Shown in pieces: positions 56,227 through 63,493 of a stretch of DNA of 64,000 bases. The translations under genes and the position numbers were made by a program. A model generated the notes under the pieces. That model was not told the DNA's origin and ran no database searches. It saw nothing but the letters and a program-made list of their open reading frames with translations. Every line of letters begins with the position of its first letter. Positions within the stretch are counted from its first letter, which is position 1. The stretch lies in the IMG/VR virus record IMGVR_UViG_3300020442_002364, positions 1 to 64,000 of that record; one strand, written 5' to 3'. Source of the stretch: a virus.

Positions 56227-56678
56227 ACTGTACCTACGAGTCCCTCGGGTAATCCTGTAATATTAATTATACCATCTTTTACTTCTTTGTCCAAGTTACC
56301 TCCGATGGTTAACTTGTCACGTTTTATTTTTGCTTCCTTTGCAGTCCACAACTCATAGAACTTTTGTTTGTCAGATGTGATCTCTGAGATACTAAAAAAT
56401 CTACGAGAAATATTTTCAAAGGGGCGGTCTCTCATAACCTCGATGTCTATGCCGATGGGCATGGATGCTACCGCAACTGCAACGAAGTCGCCGCTGTCGG
56501 ATTTGTTCCAATGTACAGTGGCAGGTTTTTTGCAACTCAATTTACCCTCCAAGAAATCTGCGATGCAAGCTCGGATGATCTTGGAATGACTGATCTGGGG
56601 CGACTCGAAAAGGTATACAAGAAATTTTTCACCCAAAAAAATTTCTGAAATAGGGATCCTAAGTTTTTCAACGAACAT
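56217..56678 (-). CDS. Sfp-type 4'-phosphopantetheinyl transferase (compact)
   Basis: IGIDIE and FYELWTAKEAKIK signature motifs; WNKSDSGDFVAVAV matches the Sfp FNxSHS segment. Confidence 0.85.
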   Translation of the reverse strand: MFVEKLRIPISEIFLGEKFLVYLFESPQISHSKIIRACIADFLEGKLSCKKPATVHWNKSDSGDFVAVAVASMPIGIDIEVMRDRPFENISRRFFSISEITSDKQKFYELWTAKEAKIKRDKLTIGGNLDKEVKDGIINITGLPEGLVGTVCI

Positions 56679-56744
56679 GATAGTACGGACGCGAATGCAA
56701 GACTTTATAGATTAGCTCTTTAGGTACCATATTAACACGGGCTA

Positions 56745-56779
56745 CGCCCCAACGCAACGGGGGCGGGGGCGACTGCCCC
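56745..56779 (-). terminator. Two tandem GC-rich hairpins at the 3' end of the early cluster
   Basis: CGCCCC/GGGGCG (56745-56765) and GGGGC-GACT-GCCCC (56766-56779); no U-tract. Confidence 0.45.
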
Positions 56780-57009
56780 TAGTCCTCCCAGAAGGTGGGC
56801 AGTGCCTCTACTGCCTCGTCGTGGTAGAGTTCGGCATTCTGCCCAGCGATGGCAAAGGAGGGCGATCCGATCGGATGCTCAGCGCTACCGTTATTCAGAC
56901 ACCACACGGTGCGGCGTGTCTTCAGATCGGTGCTCATGCTGTAGACGGTGTAAGGGCGGATGTTCATGGATTCAGGCGTAGCGGTTAGCAATGGCGTTGG
57001 TGTTTGCAT
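56779..57009 (-). CDS. Early hypothetical protein (start uncertain)
   Basis: ORF track; GC-rich early region. Confidence 0.55.
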   Translation of the reverse strand: MQTPTPLLTATPESMNIRPYTVYSMSTDLKTRRTVWCLNNGSAEHPIGSPSFAIAGQNAELYHDEAVEALPTFWED

Positions 57010-57190
57010 CAGAGCGACACCAGCGGTAAGGGTTGCCCTTGGGGTTGTTGGGCACTGCCCAGATCATGCACTCTTCACCCCATGCCTTAGCGATGCGGTA
57101 GGCGTGGTTGATGTCGGTTGCCCAGTCGCACCCGTGAGGGTCAAAGTTGGACCATGTGGAGGGTTGGACGGCGAAGGTGTGGGTGAGCAT
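56972..57190 (-). CDS. Early hypothetical protein
   Basis: FAVQPSTWSNFDPHGCDWAT..HAYRIA; TATAAT at 57213-57218. Confidence 0.7.
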   Translation of the reverse strand: MLTHTFAVQPSTWSNFDPHGCDWATDINHAYRIAKAWGEECMIWAVPNNPKGNPYRWCRSDANTNAIANRYA

Positions 57191-57226
57191 GTCTCTCTGT
57201 GTTGTTGAACTAATTATAGCGGATGC

Positions 57227-57502
57227 TCAGCGGCACCAGCGGTCGCCGTAGACAGTTCCCCAACCGTCACGCTGAGCACGGCGGCGGTCGTAGTCTTCCG
57301 CTGTGAAGTGATCATCAAAATCACCCTCATCGGTGACGCCCCGCACCATGTCCCCAAAGGTCACGGTTTCGTATTCAGCGGCACGGCGGCAGGTTGCCCG
57401 CTCCTGCCTCTCCTGCTCTAGGACCTGTAGAGCAATGCGGGAGAGTTCAGGAGAGGTGGCGTAGATGCCGTTGGAATCGAATTTCATGGGTTGTTTGTTC
57501 AT
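57227..57502 (-). CDS. Early hypothetical protein
   Basis: TATAAT at 57509-57514; start 57502 or 57487. Confidence 0.65.
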   Translation of the reverse strand: MNKQPMKFDSNGIYATSPELSRIALQVLEQERQERATCRRAAEYETVTFGDMVRGVTDEGDFDDHFTAEDYDRRRAQRDGWGTVYGDRWCR

Positions 57503-57516
57503 GCTCTTATTATAGG

Positions 57517-57834
57517 TCAGTTGAACACGTAACCTGACTCGAAGGGGACAGTTTGGTTATTGTCCATGATGTACCAAGCGAAGTCTTTTTGAAATACGCC
57601 GTCGGTCATGCCGTTGCAGAACTCATTGATCAAAGCGTTCAAACGGGACTTGGTGGTGTTAGACTGCCAACCGCCGTCAAAGATACGCATCCAGTTGTCT
57701 GTCACTTCTGCGATCTTGTTGCCGTGGAGATGGACGGTTGACACGTCGCCGCATGTGGTAACGGTGGTGTTGCCTGATGACCAGTTCTTGCCTGCGTTGA
57801 TAGCGGCGTTCATTTGGGATTCGATCTTACGCAT
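57517..57834 (-). CDS. Conserved phage early protein (MRKIE/TTKSRLNA family)
   Basis: MRKIESQMNAAI...LHGNKIA...DGGWQSNTTKSRLNAL...VFQKDFAWY. Confidence 0.8.
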   Translation of the reverse strand: MRKIESQMNAAINAGKNWSSGNTTVTTCGDVSTVHLHGNKIAEVTDNWMRIFDGGWQSNTTKSRLNALINEFCNGMTDGVFQKDFAWYIMDNNQTVPFESGYVFN

Positions 57835-57874
57835 GATGTAGAGGGGTGATTGGTTGATGTCTTAATTATAGCGG

Positions 57875-58099
57875 TCAGAGGGTGGGGCGGCGACATCCAG
57901 TGTGCCAGTTTACCCACTGTCCTAATGACCTGTCACCAGACAGCAGAAGCGCTACGATGTCACGCTTGCGGGTCTTGTAGGTATACTCGACAAGGGGACC
58001 TTTGAACCAGCGAACTTTAAACGTGCCAGTGAGCGGGTTAACCTTGAGAGTCCAGACCGATTGAGAGACCGAGGGCGAGCAGGTGTTGATGCTGATCAT
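57875..58099 (-). CDS. KTSC-like small protein (start probably 58099)
   Basis: S.SV..L.V....V.W..G...EY.Y...SLGQWVN; upstream TTGAGG-17-TACAAT (58148-58120) argues against the longer start. Confidence 0.55.
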   Translation of the reverse strand: MISINTCSPSVSQSVWTLKVNPLTGTFKVRWFKGPLVEYTYKTRKRDIVALLLSGDRSLGQWVNWHTGCRRPTL

Positions 58100-58216
58100 G
58101 TGGTGATGTCGTTGCTGATATTGTACCATGAGAGGGGTCACCCCTCAAGGATCATCAGGAGGATGAGAAAAAGGGCGGCAATGCCCTTTAAGATTTTCTT
58201 AGTGATGAGAAGGTGC

Positions 58217-58408
58217 TCAGAAAGGGTTGGTCCAGTTGTTATACTGGTGGTCGCTGATCTCGCGGCACTTGCAAAGCATATCTGTGAAGTTGTTCCACTC
58301 TTCACGCTTGGCGATCACGTCACCACGGAGGGCAGGATTCTGCATTGTAGCGACTTTCCAGTTGTAACGGAATTGCTCAAGAACTTGTGCTTTGGTGTAA
58401 TGGCGCAT
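58217..58408 (-). CDS. Conserved early hypothetical protein
   Basis: TKAQVLEQFRYNW...D..AKREEWNNFTD.LCK...I...QY.NW.NPF. Confidence 0.75.
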   Translation of the reverse strand: MRHYTKAQVLEQFRYNWKVATMQNPALRGDVIAKREEWNNFTDMLCKCREISDHQYNNWTNPF

Positions 58409-58485
58409 GTGGTTTGTGTAACTGTTTATATTATAGGCACAGGGTCAACGGGAATGCGACCAAGGTTGTGCCACTATGTCAACTG

Positions 58486-58644
58486 TCATAAGCAGGCGTC
58501 TTCAAAACGTTCCCGTGCGATCCACTCGCAGTGTTCACGTAAAGCGTCTTCTGACATGATGGACGCCATGCCTGATTTTTGCATGTTTGCCATCTCCTCT
58601 TCAAAGAAAGATAACAGCATGTCTTCATGATGTAATGAACTCAT
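58486..58644 (-). CDS. Small acidic hypothetical protein (52 aa; not in track)
   Basis: MSSLHHEDMLLSFFEEEM...IARERFEDACL. Confidence 0.65.
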   Translation of the reverse strand: MSSLHHEDMLLSFFEEEMANMQKSGMASIMSEDALREHCEWIARERFEDACL

Positions 58645-58797
58645 TTAGTCGTAGGGAAAGAATGATGAACAGGTTGAAGATGTGGTGTAGGGGATCTCAT
58701 AATCCTCGCTAAACATCTCGTAGTAGAATTGACTGAAGATGGCGAAATCGTCTGGGGTTTCGCCATTCCAGATCTTAAGGATTTCAGTGTAGTTCAT
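58645..58797 (-). CDS. Small acidic hypothetical protein (50 aa; not in track)
   Basis: MNYTEILKIWNGETPDDFAIFSQFYYEMF...; tightly coupled to both neighbours. Confidence 0.6.
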   Translation of the reverse strand: MNYTEILKIWNGETPDDFAIFSQFYYEMFSEDYEIPYTTSSTCSSFFPYD

Positions 58798-58982
58798 TGG
58801 TCTGCAAACATTGCTTCGTGAGCATCAAGAACGAAATCTATGATCTCGTCTGTAGCACTGCAACTGAATCTGTCACAGAACCAATCAAGGGACATCTCGG
58901 CGGACCATTGCGTTTCGAGCATGAATGCCTGCAGTTCGAGGAGGTTTTCGTCGTTGATGACGTGGTTGATGTTTTGTCTCAT
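58794..58982 (-). CDS. Small acidic hypothetical protein
   Basis: TATAAT 6 nt upstream of the ATG. Confidence 0.65.
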   Translation of the reverse strand: MRQNINHVINDENLLELQAFMLETQWSAEMSLDWFCDRFSCSATDEIIDFVLDAHEAMFADQ

Positions 58983-59004
58983 GTGCTTATTATAGGGTAT
59001 GGGG

Positions 59005-59253
59005 TCAGCAGTTCAACCCAGGTTGTGCCACTACTGCAACTGGACCATAGATGTGGTTCATCAGATCCCTGACGCGCTCACGGTCTACGCTGTCACCGTC
59101 GCCCCAATCCCAATGATCCATTGCATCATTGCATCTGTCAAGATAAAGTAGAAGTGCATAAGAAATTTGCTCCTTAGTTCTGTTTTGTGAGTACATGCCA
59201 CCTGTCCCATAATAATCGAACACGTAGTTGATGAATTCTTTAAAGTCTTTCAT
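59005..59253 (-). CDS. Conserved cyanophage hypothetical protein
   Basis: FINYVFDYYG..G.Y...GDSVDRERVRD. Confidence 0.75.
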   Translation of the reverse strand: MKDFKEFINYVFDYYGTGGMYSQNRTKEQISYALLLYLDRCNDAMDHWDWGDGDSVDRERVRDLMNHIYGPVAVVAQPGLNC

Positions 59254-59411
59254 TTAATCCTCCTGTTGAATTCTTTGGATTCCTGTGGTGTCATGCCACA
59301 GAAGTAGTTTAATAGATTACCCTCGTAATCGTCCCAAGGTAGATCATCTAAATCAGATCCAATCTTGATGGTGTCCTTTGCACAATGCGCTTTGTATTCT
59401 TGTGGTGTCAT
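59250..59411 (-). CDS. Small hypothetical protein (53 aa; not in track)
   Basis: MTPQEYKAHCAKDTIKIGSDLDDLPWDDYEGNLLNYFCGMTPQESKEFNRRIK; ATGA coupling. Confidence 0.55.
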   Translation of the reverse strand: MTPQEYKAHCAKDTIKIGSDLDDLPWDDYEGNLLNYFCGMTPQESKEFNRRIK

Positions 59412-59420
59412 TGTTAATAC

Positions 59421-59606
59421 CTACGCGAAAAGTGGACGCATGTAGTTCTTAAATTCTTCGCATCTATGAGCGGCGAGAATTTGCATTTCTTTTTCAGTGA
59501 TCACGATATCATATCCGTCTGCTTTCATCTCGTCGTAACATGCTTTAGTGATACCTTTGTCTGTGATATCGTATTCATGAAGTGCAACGTGTTTGAAAAA
59601 TGACAT
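59421..59606 (-). CDS. Conserved early hypothetical protein
   Basis: FFKHV.LH.YDITDKGI..ACYDEM; TATATT promoter upstream. Confidence 0.7.
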   Translation of the reverse strand: MSFFKHVALHEYDITDKGITKACYDEMKADGYDIVITEKEMQILAAHRCEEFKNYMRPLFA

Positions 59607-59799
59607 AGATTAAATGTGATGTACATTATTAATATAGAGGGTAGGTAACACGAATGCAAGCAATAGTGGACAGTTTATATAACTGGCACAGGCGGCTGAC
59701 CCGATTCTCAATAAGACATCACTATTGAGAAACCCCCATGCCAGTTGAGAAAGTGGCACAGGGGTGGTTGCATCTATTCAGTTTTTCTGTAAATGTGGA

Positions 59800-59973
59800 T
59801 CAGTCGGAAATGTATCCGACAAAGTAACACAAACCCTCTGCTACAAATTTGTTAGCGAGACCCTGCAATTCAGGGTAATCATAGATCAAATCAGTGTCAA
59901 GTAGATGTTGGATCATTGCGACCTCATCGTCCACTGAGTTGATACATGTATTGGGATGTACATTACTCTTCAT
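59800..59973 (-). CDS. Hypothetical protein (start uncertain, probably MKSNVH)
   Basis: MIQHLLDTDL...EGLCYF; longer track start overlaps the upstream gene. Confidence 0.55.
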   Translation of the reverse strand: MKSNVHPNTCINSVDDEVAMIQHLLDTDLIYDYPELQGLANKFVAEGLCYFVGYISD

Positions 59974-60142
59974 AGTACACATCGTCCTCGTAGTCAAAAT
60001 TAACGTTCTTGATACGCTTAGAGTTGGATACATTATCCATGTATCCACTCTGAGCTAAATCGATGTATTGGGCGTATTCTTTTTTTCTTTGAGAGAATGA
60101 GGAATTCCGTCCTTTTCCGCGATTATTCCAAGTTTTCGCCAT
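59963..60142 (-). CDS. Hypothetical protein, basic N-terminus and acidic C-terminus
   Basis: MAKTWNNRGKGRN...DYEDDVYYEE; start taken at 60142 to avoid overlap. Confidence 0.6.
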   Translation of the reverse strand: MAKTWNNRGKGRNSSFSQRKKEYAQYIDLAQSGYMDNVSNSKRIKNVNFDYEDDVYYEE

Positions 60143-60173
60143 TTTCTTCAGAATTGAAAGTTTTCTTAGATAT

Positions 60174-60428
60174 TCAAGGTTTTTGAATAAGATCACCCTT
60201 TTTGAGTGATTCATTATAAAACTTTCCAAGTGAGAAACTTTCGGGGTTTTTCACAAGTTCTTCAAGTTTACTCAGTAGTGTCTTATTTGCAGGTTTCCAA
60301 GTGAATTCGTATTTTTTGTCATTTCCTACAAAGTTTACGAAAACAGTGGAACCTTGCACAGAAATCCGATCGATGGCAGAACTGACTGAAGTAAAGTCGA
60401 AGTCGTATTTTTTGGAGGTTCTGGGCAT
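60174..60428 (-). CDS. KTSC-like small protein
   Basis: SSAI..I...V.V.F....K.Y.F...SLGKFYN; TATAAT at 60453-60458. Confidence 0.6.
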   Translation of the reverse strand: MPRTSKKYDFDFTSVSSAIDRISVQGSTVFVNFVGNDKKYEFTWKPANKTLLSKLEELVKNPESFSLGKFYNESLKKGDLIQKP

Positions 60429-60519
60429 TTGTTTCCCTTGTGTACATTAATAATTATATGAGCAACACTTTCAGAATGGGGGACAACCTGTGCCAGTTCT
60501 CAAAGTGTCACTGAGGTGC

Positions 60520-60548
60520 TTGACTTTTCTGTGGTTGCGGTCTAAGAC
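60520..60548 (+). promoter_or_regulatory. Plus-strand sigma70-like promoter TTGACT-17-TAAGAC with no downstream ORF
   Basis: -35 60520-60525, -10 60543-60548; divergent from the 60428 gene promoter. Confidence 0.45.
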
Positions 60549-60723
60549 AGCAGAGGTACTCCAGAGACCCTCGGAGATACCTCCACAGTCGCCGTCTAGC
60601 TCACGCAAACCTATTTTTTAACACATTTTTTAATTCTCAATAAAAACACGTTATTGATTCTCAATAATGCGCGTTTCTTGAGAAATGTGTCAAAAACAAG
60701 TCAAAACGAGTCCAAAATGGGTC

Positions 60724-60909
60724 TCAAATGTGCGCTTTTGACGTTGTACCGTACTGAGAGTACAGTTTTGCATCGTTAATCGCCTGTTGATCACTGCGGA
60801 AAGGTCCGTAGGACATATCAACACCATCATAGTTCCAATAGATACCTTTCCTCTTCTTATTGAGATGAATGGTGAGTTCTTTGTTCAATGCATTGATGAT
60901 TGCTTTCAT
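60724..60909 (-). CDS. Hypothetical protein
   Basis: YW.Y....YGPF.S.Q.A..DA. Confidence 0.6.
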   Translation of the reverse strand: MKAIINALNKELTIHLNKKRKGIYWNYDGVDMSYGPFRSDQQAINDAKLYSQYGTTSKAHI

Positions 60910-61070
60910 GAGAATACAGGAATGAGTTCAGTTGAGATGACCTTAGGGTCGTGTTGTTTAATCTGACGTTCGTAATGTGCTGCGTCGTCTAGGGAAAAGA
61001 ATGTCAACCTCTTTGTAGAGGTCACGTTGTTCTTCTTTCTCCTCTTCAAAATAACGGCATACTTCATCAT
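60906..61070 (-). CDS. Hypothetical protein
   Basis: MMKYAVILKRRKK...TFFSLDDAAHYE; start set at 61070. Confidence 0.55.
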   Translation of the reverse strand: MMKYAVILKRRKKNNVTSTKRLTFFSLDDAAHYERQIKQHDPKVISTELIPVFS

Positions 61071-61078
61071 AGAAACGT

Positions 61079-61267
61079 TTACTTTGTGATGGGGTGGATG
61101 TGTCCCCAATCAGATGGGAATACAATAGGGAGTGCTCCTGTGACATTATGTTTGAGTGTGATGTAAGACTCCTGTGCGAAGTTCACTGTCCATTGTGATC
61201 CTTCGTATTCAACTTGATCTCCCTTTGTGAAGGGCAAGTTTGTTCCAGAGTTGTCGCTCGTACTCAT
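61079..61267 (-). CDS. Hypothetical protein
   Basis: F..GD.V.Y.....V.F....YITL small beta protein. Confidence 0.6.
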   Translation of the reverse strand: MSTSDNSGTNLPFTKGDQVEYEGSQWTVNFAQESYITLKHNVTGALPIVFPSDWGHIHPITK

Positions 61268-61384
61268 AGAATACTTTCCATAGGTGGACTGTACAGTGTT
61301 GAGTGTAGTCGAGTTCTTCTGCTGTGTCTATACACTCTCGAATACGAGATAGTTGTGAATAGAGCAGTTTTGTCTCTGTATCCA

Positions 61385-61576
61385 TCATACCACATCTACT
61401 CGTAAAATGCTACCCAATTGACATTGTTCCATCCATGCAGCACGTAACGATTCCCAATCATAATACGTTACTGCTTTCTTATGTTTGTAGATCAGTTTGT
61501 ACTTGTGTCTGTCGTATGGTTTATCAGACGTACAAGTGAAATACCTTGGGTCGTTTTTAGGAATGAGTTGGGTCAT
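61385..61576 (-). CDS. Conserved cyanophage hypothetical protein
   Basis: YFTCTSDKPYDRHKYKL...WE.LR..W. Confidence 0.7.
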   Translation of the reverse strand: MTQLIPKNDPRYFTCTSDKPYDRHKYKLIYKHKKAVTYYDWESLRAAWMEQCQLGSILRVDVV

Positions 61577-61829
61577 TGATTTGCATAGCGGAGTATGGAG
61601 TTGTTTGAGACAAGTCTACCACAGTACCGACTCTTTTGGGGTTGATGGGAGCATGGTATTGTCCTTTCTTGGTGTCAAAGAATCCCCAGATGGATTTTGG
61701 GGTATCACTGGTATAAGAAAAGACGCCATGATTACAGATCCAGATAGCAGAAACGTTACGCTTGAACTGTCTAACCTCATAAGAATAACCCTTTGGTGGA
61801 CGATGGAAATCGAGGGGAAGATGTGTCAT
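61557..61829 (-). CDS. Conserved cyanophage hypothetical protein
   Basis: F.H.PPKGYSYEV..FKRNV.AIWI...IWGF...PIN.K.VG..V....TTPYSAMQ. Confidence 0.75.
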   Translation of the reverse strand: MTHLPLDFHRPPKGYSYEVRQFKRNVSAIWICNHGVFSYTSDTPKSIWGFFDTKKGQYHAPINPKRVGTVVDLSQTTPYSAMQINDPTHS

Positions 61830-61880
61830 GATAAAAGAAGAGGGGAGGTCTCGCGTCAGGAGACACAATTACATAGACCC

Positions 61881-62117
61881 TCAGCAGTAGACAGGAGAGT
61901 AATCCTTACCAGTATACTCTTCAGTGTTGAAGTCACTAACAGTAGCACCGTTAGCGATGTAACCTTCAACATCATACTTCATGCCGATACGATCGCGGGT
62001 GGAGAAAGAAGTCAGTTCAGTCTCAGCACCTTTGTGCCAGATGACACGCTTGACGAAACGCTTGCCAGTGCCGACGGGATAGAAGTCGATCTGGGTGGCG
62101 GAGGTGTGGAGTCGCAT
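61881..62117 (-). CDS. Early hypothetical protein
   Basis: MRLHTSATQIDFYPVG..RFVKRV.W; start placed downstream of TATACT (62139-62144). Confidence 0.65.
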   Translation of the reverse strand: MRLHTSATQIDFYPVGTGKRFVKRVIWHKGAETELTSFSTRDRIGMKYDVEGYIANGATVSDFNTEEYTGKDYSPVYC

Positions 62118-62160
62118 GGGTGTTTTGCTGATGAACATAGTATAAGGTAGACAGGAGCGA

Positions 62161-62376
62161 TCAGACGCTACCCTGTGCCACCTGTTCAAATGGCACACGA
62201 GTGACAGTCAGACGACGCCATCCACGCACTTCTCTGATAGCATTGACCACTTGGTTCACCACGTTGTTATGCTGACGGTCGAGACCACGCATGGACTTGG
62301 TAGCACGACGAGTGATGTAGAAGATGCTGGTGGTCAGGTCTTCGTTGCAGATCTGGATCTCGTAAGCGTTGGGCAT
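62161..62376 (-). CDS. Early hypothetical protein
   Basis: MPNAYEIQI...GWRRLTV; start placed downstream of TATATT (62401-62406). Confidence 0.6.
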   Translation of the reverse strand: MPNAYEIQICNEDLTTSIFYITRRATKSMRGLDRQHNNVVNQVVNAIREVRGWRRLTVTRVPFEQVAQGSV

Positions 62377-62447
62377 GGGTGGTTCCCTGTCGATGTATGT
62401 AATATAGAGCATTATGGGGGCGGTTCAATGCCCCCTGTGCCACTTGT

Positions 62448-62888
62448 TCAAGCGTCCTTGAAGATGCCGTCGGTGACAGAACCCTCAGGGATAGCGACTT
62501 CCTTTACTCTGTTCTCAGAACGAAGCGCATGGCAGGTCCACTCGCCATCATCATAGTAGTAGGTATACTCTGCATCATACTGACTGTCAGCAGCACAGAG
62601 GAACTCATTCAGGTTCTCGTACAGGTTAGGTGCATTTTGCACATAGGACTCACCACGCATGGTATAGTACAGCGGACCAGACTCAGGCAGCGTTTCGTTG
62701 TTCCATCCTGCATTGGTATAGACGCAGGACATATCACCACCGTCGATCAGATCACTGACCTTAGCGTCAGTGTTGTACACGTCACGCAGCACGCGACCGT
62801 TGTACTGAGGATAACCGTCGTAGTGGCAGTAGACACCGAGGATGCTACCGTCTTTGAGTCGTTTGCCGATGAGAGAGCGAGTGCCCAT
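62448..62888 (-). CDS. Conserved phage protein of the MGTRS/YCHxDGYP family
   Basis: MGTRSLIG....DGSILGVYCHYDGYP..NG..L...Y...LIDGGDMS. Confidence 0.8.
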   Translation of the reverse strand: MGTRSLIGKRLKDGSILGVYCHYDGYPQYNGRVLRDVYNTDAKVSDLIDGGDMSCVYTNAGWNNETLPESGPLYYTMRGESYVQNAPNLYENLNEFLCAADSQYDAEYTYYYDDGEWTCHALRSENRVKEVAIPEGSVTDGIFKDA

Positions 62889-62936
62889 GTGTGAGTTGTG
62901 TTCCTTTGACTCTTTTAATATACACGGTTTTGGGGG

Positions 62937-63230
62937 TCAGGGTAGTGACCCTGTGCCAGTCTTGCAACTGGTTTTGATCCATGTCCGTGGAGCGATTCGT
63001 GATACAATCCCTTTCATCTCATATCCTTTCATAGTATACTCCACAACTGTGGTGCCTTTACTATGATTAGGACGAGTTGCATACACCTCTTTGAAATAGT
63101 GTTGATCCATGTCACCAACAACGATCTGTGTCTTGACAGACAAGTCATCAGCAGTAAATACGGTCAACTCAGATGATCCATCGACAATAGATCGCACGAT
63201 GTTCTTGATCCTTACTGTAACACCAGTCAT
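62937..63230 (-). CDS. Hypothetical protein
   Basis: 97-aa ORF, ATGA coupling with upstream ORF. Confidence 0.6.
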   Translation of the reverse strand: MTGVTVRIKNIVRSIVDGSSELTVFTADDLSVKTQIVVGDMDQHYFKEVYATRPNHSKGTTVVEYTMKGYEMKGIVSRIAPRTWIKTSCKTGTGSLP

Positions 63231-63457
63231 TCTGACAGAGGGGATTCACGTTTGCAGATGTTATTCTTGCCAGACAACACGTCATCGACATAGTTGTTGA
63301 CTTTATCAGATACTTTCCACGATCCACCTACACCGCCGTCCATATTGACAACGATGTCATCACCTACCTTGTCTTCAGGATACCATGTGCCAAACTTCTC
63401 TGGTGCATACCAGAAGTCTTCCCAATCGTTTGCTGTTGCTTCGGTGATGTTGCTCAT
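63227..63457 (-). CDS. Hypothetical protein
   Basis: MSNITEATANDWEDFWY...NMDGGVGGSW; TATACT at 63480-63485 favours start 63457. Confidence 0.6.
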   Translation of the reverse strand: MSNITEATANDWEDFWYAPEKFGTWYPEDKVGDDIVVNMDGGVGGSWKVSDKVNNYVDDVLSGKNNICKRESPLSE

Positions 63458-63493
63458 ATTAGAATGTGGTGCTTTCATAAGTATACAGTCCAG

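Noticed and set aside
59070-59110. GDGDSVD in the 82-aa ORF as an acyl-carrier Ser motif for the PPTase
   Set aside because: Only a loose match to GxDSL and too near the C-terminus to leave room for the remaining ACP helices
59761-59800. Plus-strand promoter after the dyad at 59737
   Set aside because: TTGCAT is present but there is no convincing -10 at 16-18 nt
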